Notes under the pieces: model-generated | Told to the model about the DNA's origin: nothing | Database searches by the model: none | The model's input: the letters and a program-made list of their open reading frames with translations, nothing else | Translations under genes and position numbers: made by a program | Source of the DNA: Eledone cirrhosa | Lineage: Eukaryota | Reading direction: 5' to 3' | NCBI GenBank assembly: GCA_964016885.1 | Contig: OZ024741.1 | Location: 4,402,001 to 4,466,000 of the forward strand | DNA: 64,000 nt | Shown: positions 26,446 to 38,730 of the stretch, one piece after another | How positions within the stretch are numbered: position 1 is the stretch's first letter | Layout: each line of letters starts with the position of its first letter

Positions 26446-27910
26446 TATGCAGATGATCTAACGCTCATAGCTGAATCAATGACCGAACTAGAGAAGAAAT
26501 TCCAAACGTGGAAGCACGGCCTAGAATCAAAAGGCCTTAAAATTAACCTGGCTAAGACTAAAGTTCTAGTTTGTAGGAAAGAAAATAAGGCGGCGGTCCC
26601 ATCGGGGAAATGGCCATGCTCAGTGTGTAGGAAAGGCGTAGGTAGAAACTCCATTTTATGTCCCAAATGCAAAGTATGGGTGCATAAAAGATGTAGTGGG
26701 ATCACAGGTAAGCTAACTAAGAACATAGATTTTACATGTGGCCGGTGCTCTGGTGCAATAAGTAGCAGCAAGTGCCCACAAAATACTAGCTCCTTCAACT
26801 GCGCAGAGGGTTCTATAGAAATAGTGGACAGCTTCCGTTATCTGGGTGACAAAATCAGCAGTGGGGGAGGGTGCTCTGAAAGTACAGTAGCTAGAGTCAG
26901 AACTGGATGGAAAAAGTTCAGAGAGCTTATACCACTATTAGCCACTAGAGGGTTCTCCCTAAAAATGAAAGGCAGGTTATACGATGCCTGCATACGAACA
27001 GCAATGTTGCATGGCAGTGAGACCTGGGCATTGTGTGCAGAGGATATACGCAGACTAGAGAGGAACGAAGCTTGCATGCTCCGCTGGATGTGCAATAGTA
27101 ATATACGTGAACGGCAAAGCATAAACGAACTAAGGAAAAAATTAGAAATAAGAGGGATCAGATGTTGTTTACTCGAGAGAAGGCTACGTTGGTACGGTCA
27201 CGTGATGCGCATGAAAGACGACAGCTGTATAACAAAGTGCAGGGCAATAAAGATAGACGGTAGCCACGGAGTAGGCAGACCCAGAAAAACATGGGACGAG
27301 CTGATAAATTCCGACCTCACACGCTTACACCTCTCCAAGACAATGTCACTGGACCGAGACCTTTGGCGGTACTCAGTAATAGAGAAGACCCGCCTTACCT
27401 AAATACAAAGTAAAAACCTACTACAGTCAGTAGGCACCTCTATCAAAACACACCCCCGTCCCACCACCTCCACCCCACCCACACCGCCCCTTTCAATGTA
27501 AAGTTATGTTGGTCCCACAACATCCAGGCCGAAACAAATGAGATCGTGTAGGTGTCACGACAAAAAACACACAGTCCACGCTGTAAATGTGGCCGTGTAG
27601 GCAACACGGTAAAAACCTCCCAGCCCCACACTGTAAATGTGGTTGGTGTTAGGAAGGGCATCCAGCTGTAGAAAACCCGCCAGACAGTCCACGCTGTAAT
27701 GTGGCCGTGTAGGCAACACGGTAAAAACCTCCCAGCCCCACACTGTAAATGTGGTTGGTGTTAGGAAGGGCATCCAACTGTAGAAAACCCGCCAGACTGT
27801 CCTATGCGAGCAAGACAACCACTCTTGCCTCAAGTGGGAAAACCCCCGTCCAAACCCATGCAAGCGTGGAACACGGACGCTAAACCTGATGATGATGATG
27901 ATGATGATGA
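26446..27910 (+). mobile_element. 5'-truncated RTE LINE (family A) with an internally duplicated 3' UTR and (GAT)n tail
   Basis: ORF 26479-27402 (RT end, PHD-like insert, [21 protein letters not shown]). It starts at YADD next to a TA run. Confidence 0.95.
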
Positions 27911-28043
27911 TATGATCATCATCATTTAACGTCCATTTTCCACACTAAAAATACATACATCTCTTGTGATTGAGGCTCTTTTATGGCACACCTCACGGAG
28001 ATAACTGCCGGCAACGAACTTGTATAAAACTCACAAAAGAAGG

Positions 28044-29440
28044 AATAATAATTGTTTCTATATTAGGCACAAGGCCAGCAATAACCCAGTACATTACGGG
28101 TACTTTATTTTATCGACCCCGTAAGGATGAAAGCAAAGTTAACCTCGGCGGGATTTGAACTCAGATCATAAAGGGACGTAACTCTATGCTTCAAAGCATG
28201 GTGTCCGACTCTCTACCGATACTGCCTAATAATGACAATAACAATAAAGAACTGTAATGATGATGGTGGTGGTGGTAGTGGTAGTGGTAGTGGTTTCTGA
28301 TTTAGGCACGAGGCTAGCAATTTTTGTGAAAGCCAATTAAAATCAACCCCAGTACTTTATCCCGGAAGGAAGAAAAGATAATAAGGTTTCTGATTTAGAC
28401 ACAAGGCCAACAATTTTTTTGGGGTGGGTGGGGGGGTAGTCGATTAAATCGACTCTAGTGCATTACTGGTACTTTATTTTATCTACCCCGTAAGGATGAA
28501 AGGCAAAGTTAACCTTGATGGGATTTCAACTCAGAATGTAAAGGGACGTAACTCTATTTCGCAAACCTGTTCGACGCTCTCAATATTATCTAATAACAAC
28601 TCTTTCTAACAGTGACACAAAGCCAGCAATTTAGGGGATAAAGGGAAAGTCGGTTATATCAACCTTAGTATATAACTGGTACTTTATTTTATGAACCTCG
28701 GAAGGATGAAAGACAAAGTGACCTAGGCAGGATTTGAACTCAGGACATGAATAAATACCACAAGACATTTTGTTCGATGATCTACACATTCTGCCAACCC
28801 ACGGCCCTACAAGGACGAAACAAACATTAGAAACAGGTGCGGTAGGTATAGACCGAGAGAAAAATATAGCTAAATCAATAATTGTTTCTACGTTAGGCAC
28901 AAGGCCAGCAATTACCCAGTGTATTATTGGTACTTTATTTTATCGACCCCGTAAGGATGAAAGGCAAAGTTAACCTCGGCGGGATTTGAACTCAGAATGG
29001 CAAGGGCCGTAACTCTATGCGCCAAAGCATGGCATCCGACACTCTACCAATACTGCCAATCCACCGCCTAAAGCTAAATCAATAATTGTTTCTACTTTAG
29101 GCACAAGGCCAGCAATTACCCAGTGCATTACTGGTACTTTATTTTATCGACCCCGTAAGGTTGAAAGGCAAAGTCAACCTCGGCGGGATTTGAACTCAGA
29201 TCATAAAGGGACGTAACTATGCTGGAAAGCATGGCGTCCGACCCTCTACTGAATGGTTTCTCATTTTGGCATAAACCCAGCATTTAGTGGAGAAGGGAAA
29301 GTGAATCACACCGAACCTCAGTATTTCACTGGTACTTTATTTTATCGACTCTGGAAAGATGACCGGCAAAGTTGACCAGGATGGGAGTTCTGAACTTAGA
29401 ATATAAAGCCGTAAAACATTTTATAGTATTTTATCCAACT
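28044..29440 (-). mobile_element. Tandem cluster of ~7 tRNA-derived SINE copies
   Basis: Repeated GGTACTTTATTTTATCGACCCCGTAAGGATGAAAGGCAAAGTTAACCTCGGCGGGATTTGAACTCAG. The minus strand has B-box GAGTTCAAATCCC and A-box-like GGCAGTATCGGT. Confidence 0.88.
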
Positions 29441-29529
29441 TTCATTTGGGTTGGAGATGGTTGTTTCTGACAGGACCTGCTAGGAGATGGGTTTGAGGAC
29501 TCTGGCCCCACGATACTGTCAGGAATAAG

Positions 29530-29671
29530 TGAGAGAAGAAGGAGGAGGAGGAGGGGGGAAGAAGAAGACCAAAGAAGGAAGAGAAGAAGAAAAAGAATAC
29601 AAAAGAAGAAGAAGAAGAAGAAGAAGAAGAAGAAGAAGAAGAAGAAGAAGAAAGAGAGAAAGAAGAAGAAG
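29530..29671. repeat. Polypurine (GGA)n/(GAA)n tract
   Basis: Directly visible. Confidence 0.95.
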
Positions 29672-29689
29672 CTCTCACTATTCTATCCG

Positions 29690-29944
29690 TTCACCGCCCC
29701 CACCCCTAATACTAGCAATGAATGATATTTTCAAAGAGCCGAGCAGTTGTTCCGAGTATAGCCGAATTGAGCCGAACGGAGTAGTAATGACGAACAGAGC
29801 CGAGCAGTGACGAACGGAGTGGAGCAGTAACAAACACAGAGCCGAGCAGTGACGTGCAATGACGAAGAGAGCCGAGGTGAGCAGACGACAGATAGAAACG
29901 TCAAGGGTCATTGGTATAACAACAACACCAGCGACGACAGCACA
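29690..29944 (+). promoter_or_regulatory. Putative CpG-rich promoter/5' UTR
   Basis: GC-box CCGCCCC near 29695, six AGCCGA motifs, five TGACG/CGTCA half-sites and a reverse CCAAT near 29910, directly before an ATG. Confidence 0.55.
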
Positions 29945-30004
29945 ATGGCGGTGCGTCTTGTTTTGTTGACGTTGGCACTGGTTGGGATTTTACAGCCTCT
30001 TCAG
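29945..30004 (+). CDS. Putative first coding exon encoding a signal peptide (MAVRLVLLTLALVGILQPLQ) of an unidentified secreted or membrane protein
   Basis: Kozak-like ACAATGG, basic n-region and hydrophobic h-region, donor CAG|GTAATC at 30004/30005. No downstream exon was identified in the window. Confidence 0.62.
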
Positions 30005-30235
30005 GTAATCAAATATATCTACAACATATTTAGTCATTTATATACACACACTATATAGACATCTATAAATATATTGCATATTTACAAGAAACTATACATC
30101 TCTATATACATATGTATGAATGTATATATAAATGTGTGTGTATATATATATATGTCTATATATATAATATGTATATAATATATATATAAATGTGTATATA
30201 TATATGTATATAAATGTGTATAATATATATATAAA

Positions 30236-30285
<50 letters not shown>

Positions 30286-30565
30286 GTGCGTGTGTGGTTG
30301 ATGACTGAGAGAAAAGAGTTCTCAATACTGAAGTAGAGTTTTAATATTCATTATATATATACCCGGAGATTTATATAATACATGTATTTAGCAACGAGAG
30401 ACAGTGTTTACTTTATATATATATATATATATATAGTAATAATAATAATTGTGAAGACTAAAATCCGAAGAGGGCTCGATAAGGATAAATATATATATCT
30501 ATATATATATGCAGGAACTCTTTTATATATATATACATGGAACTCTTTTAACCATCTTTTGATCT

Positions 30566-30615
<50 letters not shown>

Positions 30616-31107
30616 TATGGAAAGTTATATTTAAATTGTTGGGTTAACAACGAGTAAATATTTATAATATATATATATATATATATCGTTAAGGGTGAAA
30701 GCAGCGACTCTTTGCTTAAACTTTAATCTGTTATTTTAATATCTCTCTCTCTCTCTCTAGTATATATATAGTAAAGTAATAGATCTGAAGGTAGACCAGT
30801 TTCAACATTCTATTCAAGCCAATATATAATTTAATATTGTTTTAATATGAATGATGTTTCTATATTTGATGGAAGGTATCAATGTTTCTAAGGTGTCGTG
30901 GTTGGGTTTGGAACAAAAACACGTTTAGACCATAAAGACTTTATTTACTAATTGGAGGCTGATCTGTCTATATATCTAGCTAGCTATATATATATATATA
31001 GCCATCAATACTTTTGAGTTTTATTGTTATGTGCAGTTCTTTAGCAAAAATAAAACGAACACGCACATTATATATATATATTTCTGTGTGTATATACTAT
31101 GTATATA

Positions 31108-31238
31108 TAATTGTTTCTACTTTTGGCACAAGGCCAGCAATTACCCAGTACATGACTGGTACTTTATTTTATCGACCCCGTAAGGATGAAAGGCAAAGTT
31201 AACCTCGGCGGGATTTGAACTCAGAAGGGAAAGGGCCA
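31108..31238 (-). mobile_element. Partial copy of the same tRNA-derived SINE
   Basis: Same core as 28044-29440. Confidence 0.85.
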
Positions 31239-31753
31239 TGTATATATAATGTGTGTATATATAAAATATGTGTGTAAATAATGTGTGTATATATAATATA
31301 TATATATGTGTGTGTGTATATAATATATATATAATTAATGTATATATAATATGTATATAAATGTGTGTCTGTTTCCATCTCTGTTGTGAACATCAAATAT
31401 GGATGGCTTTTTATCTTTCGAAAATCGCTGCGAAGTTTGGTTAGGAAATGAGGGTTCAATTTCCAATAGATCTGTCTAGAGAAACTGATCCCCTATTTTG
31501 TGACCACGCACTGTTTTTACAATAATATCAACAAATCTATCCGAGATATTTATATTGAGCAATGGTTGAAGAAACAGCAATAACGACTAATGTTTCTTCT
31601 TATTGTTGTTACTATCAATCTTGCTAGTAGAAAACAAAAACTATATTTCTATATTATTATTATATTCTACTTTATAGCTAAAAATATTTTATTTTCTGTC
31701 AAATATATTTCATGTATCATTTATGATACATCTAAATATATTTGTGTGTATGA

Positions 31754-31812
<59 letters not shown>

Positions 31813-32174
31813 AGATCCCGAGTTAAATCAAGGGTAACCACAGTTAATAAGGTACTCAATATTTTCGTAAAGTGTAAACATCGTTATTTAATATACAGTA
31901 CATATTAAACTCTAACCCGTAATCCTAACACACATACCTGTTTGTGTTTATATATATATACAAATATATGCACATATGTATATATATATGTTTGTGTGTA
32001 TGTATGTATATATATATATATATACACACACATAAGTACATATATAATTTTAAGCTTAAATATATATATATATATATATTTATATTCAGTTATAATTATA
32101 TATTATTATATTCACTACGCGGAAGCGACATACACACACGTATATTTTGACTACACACAAGGAAGAGACACACA

Positions 32175-32311
<137 letters not shown>

Positions 32312-33039
32312 ATGACGCAACATAGTAATCCCCCGGTAATCGAAGACAGCAAGGTGGGGTGGTCTATGGGCGATTCCTGCTATTATCTCTTTTATTTATT
32401 CACCTAATTCTAATATGAGAACTTCAACAAGAATAAATGGGCGGGGTGTGTGGGTGATGTACGGGCTGTCCCATTGATGGATATTTCTGAGAAGGAAATA
32501 GTTTAGAAAGAAACTGAGTTTGTGTGATTTTTTTTTTTTTTTTGTAATGGATGTAGACATTATATATATATATATATATATACACATAGACTCCGAGTTC
32601 GGGGATAAGCACAGTAAATAAGGTACTCCATACATGTGTAACGTGAAAACAGAAGTTTATATAGAAAAGGCTCCTATGGGACTAGAACTGTTTTATCCGT
32701 AGAAGTTTATATATATATGTATATATATAAACACGTGTTTGGGCGTATTTGTATGTGAGCGTGTGAAGATTTGTATGCGTATGTTTGTGTGTGCATAATG
32801 TTTTTCGTAAAGTCTAATGTAATCACTATATATATATATAAATATATATATATATATTTGAGAGGTAATCGAGGCCCGACTGCTGAGCTCTTGCCGTTTC
32901 GACAGCTAATTCCAGGCTCATCTATGAGTCACACTCTACTATCCCAAGTATCGAGTACTCTTACTAGTTTAAAATTGTTAAAATATCCGTAAATGCGATA
33001 AAATGAAAACTGTTTATTCGGGAAGAGATATATTATTTC

Positions 33040-33123
33040 TGTTGATACAATGAACCTGTTGTGGAGTTGTGGTCAAATTTGGACGTTGAAACCTTGGATA
33101 GCGCCCTGTTCATTGTATCAACA
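33040..33123. repeat. 16-bp inverted repeat
   Basis: TGTTGATACAATGAAC ... GTTCATTGTATCAACA. Confidence 0.85.
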
Positions 33124-33427
33124 TATATAATATATATGTGTATAGGTTACACAGTCCTGTAATTTAGGGGAGCAGAAATGTTATGTGGAGGTCCATTCAT
33201 TTAGGGAAGACAATAGTAATAAAAATGATATAACTGTAAAGACCAGAGAGAATCGAAGTTCCTGTAAGTGATTAAACTACTGATCAGGATTGGTTTCTTC
33301 TAAATTACGTGTAACGGTCTTATTGTGACGTCCATGCCTTTTTATAGTGGTCAGCATTGGCCGTAGACATATGTAATAGCTTTCATACTTGTTGATGTCT
33401 TGTATTTACACATACAATATATAGTAT

Positions 33428-33597
33428 TGTGTGGTCCTTGAGCAAGAGACTTTATTTCAGATTCCGTAAATATACTCAGCTAGCTGAAGACGAGTTGCTG
33501 AATCTCCCTGAGAACTATGTTAAGAGTGTATGGGCCTGGTGGAATGCTCAGCCACTTCCATATTAATTTCGCGAGCTAGCAGTTTTGTTCATTGAAT
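33428..33597 (+). mobile_element. Fragment of a second SINE family
   Basis: TTGAGCAAGAGACTTTATTTCA..ACTCAGCT is shared with 42620-42760. Confidence 0.55.
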
Positions 33598-33714
33598 ATG
33601 TGTGTGTGTATATATATACATATACATATGTGTGTGTGTTTGTTTATATATGCGTATATATACGTGAATATGATTATATATACGTTTATATGAATATATA
33701 TATATACGTATATA

Positions 33715-33844
33715 TAATTATATATACGGATATATGATTATATATACATGTATATATATATGTATATATATATATATGCGTATGTATATATATATATGCG
33801 TATGTATATATATATATGCGTATGTATATATATATATACGTATG

Positions 33845-33916
<72 letters not shown>

Positions 33917-34930
33917 TGTATGTATATATATATATGCGTATGTATATATATATATATATATGCGTATGTATATATATATATATATGCGTATATATATATG
34001 CGTATATATGTATATATATGCGTATATATGTATATATATGCGTATATATGTATATATATATATGCGTATATATGTATATATATATGCGTATATGTGTATA
34101 TATATATGCGTATATATGTATATATATATGCGTATATATGTATATATATATGCGTATATATGTATATATATATGCGTATATATGTATATATATATGCGTA
34201 TATATGTATATATATATGCGTATATATGTATATATATATGCGTATATATGTATATATATATGCGTATATATGTATATATATATGCGTATATATGTATGTA
34301 TATATGTGTATATATGCGTATATATGCGTATATATGTATATATATGCGTATATATGTATATGCGTATATATGTATATATATGCGTATATATGTATATATA
34401 TATGCGTATATATGTATATATATATGCGTATATATGCATATATATGCGTATATATGTATATATATATGCGTATATACGTATATATATGCGTATATATGTA
34501 TATATATGCGTATATATGCATATATATGCGTATATATGTATATATATGCGTATATATGTATATATATGCGTATATATGTATATATATGCGTATATATTTA
34601 TATACATGCGTATATATGTACACGCATATATATATGCGTATATATGTATATATACGTATATATGTATATGCATACGTATATATATGTGTGTTTATGTATG
34701 TATGTATATGTATGTATATATCTATATATGTATCTATATATATCCATATATATATATATTTTTTATATATATATGTATGTATATATGTGTATATACATGT
34801 GTGTGTGTATATATATATATGTATGTATATGTATATATGTGTGTATATATATATATGTATGTATATGTATATATACGTGTATATATATATGTATGTATAT
34901 GTATATATACGTGTATATATACATATACAT
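33715..34930. repeat. ~1.2-kb (TA)n-derived compound microsatellite punctuated by TGCG/TGTA
   Basis: Alternating purine-pyrimidine sequence with ~20-22 bp periodicity. Confidence 0.95.
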
Positions 34931-34934
34931 ACAA

Positions 34935-37588
34935 ACAACCTCAACGACAGAGGACGGAGACATCGTTATGCTAGCAGGAGACTTCAATGGTCATGTTGGA
35001 CAGCTCCAGGATGGGTACATGGTGGGCACGGTTATGGCTCAAGAAATGAAGAAGGAGTGAGACTTGAATTTTGTGATGCAGGTACATTGACTATTTGCAA
35101 CACAAACTTCCAGAAACCTGCCAATCACCTAATAACCTACAAATCTGGTGAGCGTATAAGCCAGATTGACTTCTTGCTAGTTAGGCAGCGGGACAGGCAG
35201 ATAGGTCTAATACCAAGGCATACCCTGGGGAAGAATGTACCCCACAGCATAGGTTAGTCGTTAGTGATATCTCAGTAAGCAAGAGATGGAATGAGACATA
35301 TAGGAAGGTGTGGAGAAGAAAGGTCTGGAAGCTAAAAGACCTTTCACTAAAATACAAATTTAGGAAAGCCCTTCAAGATGTATATGACGAAAAAGAAGAC
35401 GATTTAGAGTTGTATGACATAGATAATAACTGGAATTTCTTACGTGACAACTTGCTGCAGGCTACTGATGAAACTTGTGGCTGGAGCCGAGCTCCAACCA
35501 GACATAGAGTGACCTGGTGATGGAACAGCACAGTAGATAAGGCCATTAGAGACAAAAGACTAGCATGGAAGGCTTGGAAAAAGGGTGGGAGTAGGGAAGA
35601 ATATACAGCCACTAAGAGAGAAGCTAGACGTCAGGTGTACTTAGCACGCAGGGAGGCGGATAGTAGGAGGTTTGCCAATGTTCTGCGACGGGAAGATCAG
35701 AGGTGTTCCACATTGCAAGGCAGTGTGTCAATGCAAATCAGGATGTTGTTGGAGATAAATGTGTCCGGGATGATGCCGGTGTACTTAGTGTCACAAATGA
35801 TCAGAAAAAGGAGGCTTGGAAATGTCATTATGAGAGACTGATGAATGGGAGAGAGAGAAATTACCCTTAGTAGATCCGACAGAGGGACCAGCTATTGAGA
35901 TTGACGAATATAGGGTCCAAGAGGCGATTAGGGAAAGGAAAAATGGTAAGGCTGCTGGACCATTGGGAATAGTTGTTGAGATGCTGAAAGCATCAGGGGA
36001 CGTAGGCACTAAACTGGTTGCACGCATCATCAATCAGGCTATATATGGTGGTGTCATACCCAAAGACTGGTGCAGCAGTATTCTCATAAATTGTTACAAA
36101 GGTAAAGGGGATGCTCTGGAGAGGAGCAATTATAGGGGTATAAAACTGATAGATCAGGTTATGAAAGTGGCAGAAAGGATATTAGCACAACTAATTAGAG
36201 AAAGGGTCAAACTAGATGAGATGCAGTTTGGTTTTGTGCCTGGGAAGAGTACAACAGATGCCCTCTTTTTGGTGAGACAATTGCAAGAGAGGTTCTTAGA
36301 GAAAAATAAGCCACTATACTTAGCCTTTGTTGACCTAGAGAAGGCCTTTGATAGGGTACCCCGATCTGTCATCTGGTGGTCCCTAAGGAAGCTAGGTGTT
36401 GAAGAATGGCTTGTGAGGACAGTGCAAACTTTGTACAAAGGTACTCTCAGTAAAGTCAGGGTAGGAATGGAGTTTAGTGAGGAATTCCAGATACAAGTAG
36501 GAGTACATCAAGGTTCGGTCCTCAGCCCGCTCTTGTTCATTATAGTCCTCCAAGCCATAACAGAGGAGTTTAAGACTGGCTGTCCATGGGAACTCCTCTA
36601 TGCTGACGATCTGGTTCTTATAGCAGAATCAGTAGAGGAGCTAGAGAATAAATTCTGGCTATGGAAACAGCAGTTGGAAGCAAGAGGACTGAGAGTGAAC
36701 CTAGCTAAGACAAAAGTGTTGATGAGTAGAAAAGAGGACAAAACTCTGATTCCGTCAGGGAAATGGCCATGTTTGATATGCAGAAAAGGAACTGGCATAA
36801 ATTCTATAAAATGCACACAATGCAGATCCTGGGTACACAAGAGATGTAGCGGGATAGCAGGCAAACTAACAGGTAGGGAGAAATATGTATGCAGTAGATG
36901 TACAGGGAAATTAGACAGTAGAAGTCGCATTGATAGACACATTTTTCAAATGCAGGAGGACGCTATAGAAGTGGTGGATAGATTCCGGTACCTAGGAGAT
37001 CAGATTAGCATGGGAGGAGGGTGTTCCGAGTACATAGTATCTAGAATAAGGACGGGTTGGAAGAAGTTTAGGCAGCTGCTTCCTCTGTTGACGAAGAAGG
37101 GTTTCCCCCTGCGTACGAAAGGCCGGTTGTATGATGCCTGTGTGAGGAGCGCGATGCTGCATGGTAGTGAGACATGGGCAGCAACTGCAGAGGATATGCG
37201 ACGGCTGGAGAGAAATGAGGCAAGCATGCTCCGTTGGATGTGCAGTGTAAATGTGCATGAACGACCCAGCATAAATGTGTTGAGAGAGAAACTGTGTCTG
37301 AGAGGGATTGAATGTAGTGTACGGGAGAGGAGACTGAGGTGGGATGGACATGTGATGCGCATGGTGGATGACCGATGGGTGAAGAAGTGCCAGGAAATGC
37401 CAGTTGAAGGAAGACGTGGTAGAGGTAGACCACGAAGAACATGGGCGGAGGTGGTGAGAACAGACCTCAGATCATTGAAGCTCACGGCTGAGATGACGAA
37501 GGACCGTGTCGAGTGGAGAGATGCTGTGCTGAATAAGACCCGTCCCACCCTTGCAAGCATGGAAAAGCGGACGTAAAATGATGATGAT
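34935..37588 (+). mobile_element. 5'-truncated RTE LINE (family B): partial APE endonuclease plus RT, disrupted
   Basis: AGDFNGHVG and SQIDF endonuclease motifs. ORF 35963-37576 carries RT motifs and YADD, and the stop is followed directly by a (GAT)n tail. Confidence 0.95.
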
Positions 37589-37613
37589 ATATACGTGTAT
37601 ATATATATATATA

Positions 37614-38660
37614 TGAAGATCTTACAGGCTTATGGAATCCCCAAGAAGATAGTGAACCTGATATCACTGCTCTATACCAACACCAAAGCCCAAGTCATTA
37701 CACCTGATGGGATGACAGAGTTCTTTGAGATACTGGCTGGAGTGCTCCAGGGAGATACATTGGCTCCCTACCTTTTTATCATCATAGTGGACTATTGTAT
37801 GTGCCTTGCACTGGAGAAACACCAGGACTCTGGCTTTACTGTAGCACCGGCTCAGAGCAGGAGAGTTAAGGCGAAAAAGGTATCAGATGCTGAATTTGCC
37901 GACGACATAGTTTTGGTGACAAATACAGTGAAGGAGGCAGAGGATTTGATGCGGGATGTTGAGACTGTGTCGATGAGTGTGGGGCTGAGAATGAATGAGA
38001 CTAAAACAAAATATCTGGTAGAGAATGTTGAGAAGCCAGAGGGGATCACTAATGTAGGCGGGAAGCCGCTAGAATTGGTTGAGGACTTCCTGTATTTGGG
38101 AGCAAAGATTGGGAATACGGAAGATGATGTGGTTGAGAGGAAGAGCAAAGCCTGGGCGGCGTGCTACAGCTTGAGATCGGTGTGGAAGTCGGACCTTCGT
38201 GAAGACCTGAAAATCCGCCTCTTCATTGCAGTAGTGGAGTCTGTGCTGCTGTACGGGTCTGAGACTTGGACACTGACCAAGAAACTCACTCAGATGGTGG
38301 ATGGGTGCTACACGAGAATGCTGAGGATGGCTCTGAACATTAATCAGTATACACTGAGGATGAAAAACTCAGAGCTGTATGGGAGCATCCCAAAAGTCAG
38401 CTCAAAAGTGACACAGAGGAGACTGAGGTTAGCTGGACATGCTCACCGACATCCAGAGTTGACATTGCACTCAGTGCTCCTGTGGGAGCCCCTACATGGA
38501 CACACTAGAAGAGGAAGACCAAGGTTAACGTATGTTGATGCCCTAAGGACAGACACTGGTCTGTTGGAGACGCAGGACATGGCAGCGATAATGAGGGACA
38601 GAGACCGCTGGAGAGAACTCGTCCATGGATCTCGGGAATTTTACCTGCCTTAGATAGATA
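37614..38660 (+). mobile_element. 5'-truncated RTE-like LINE (family C), open RT and C-terminus
   Basis: GVLQGDTLAPYLF, FADD, FLYLG, LLYGSETW, RLRLAGH and RGRP motifs, with a (TAGA)n tail. Confidence 0.92.
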
Positions 38661-38730
38661 TATATAAGTGTATATATATATATGTATATATACATCTATA
38701 TATATACGTGTGTGTGTATATATATATATA

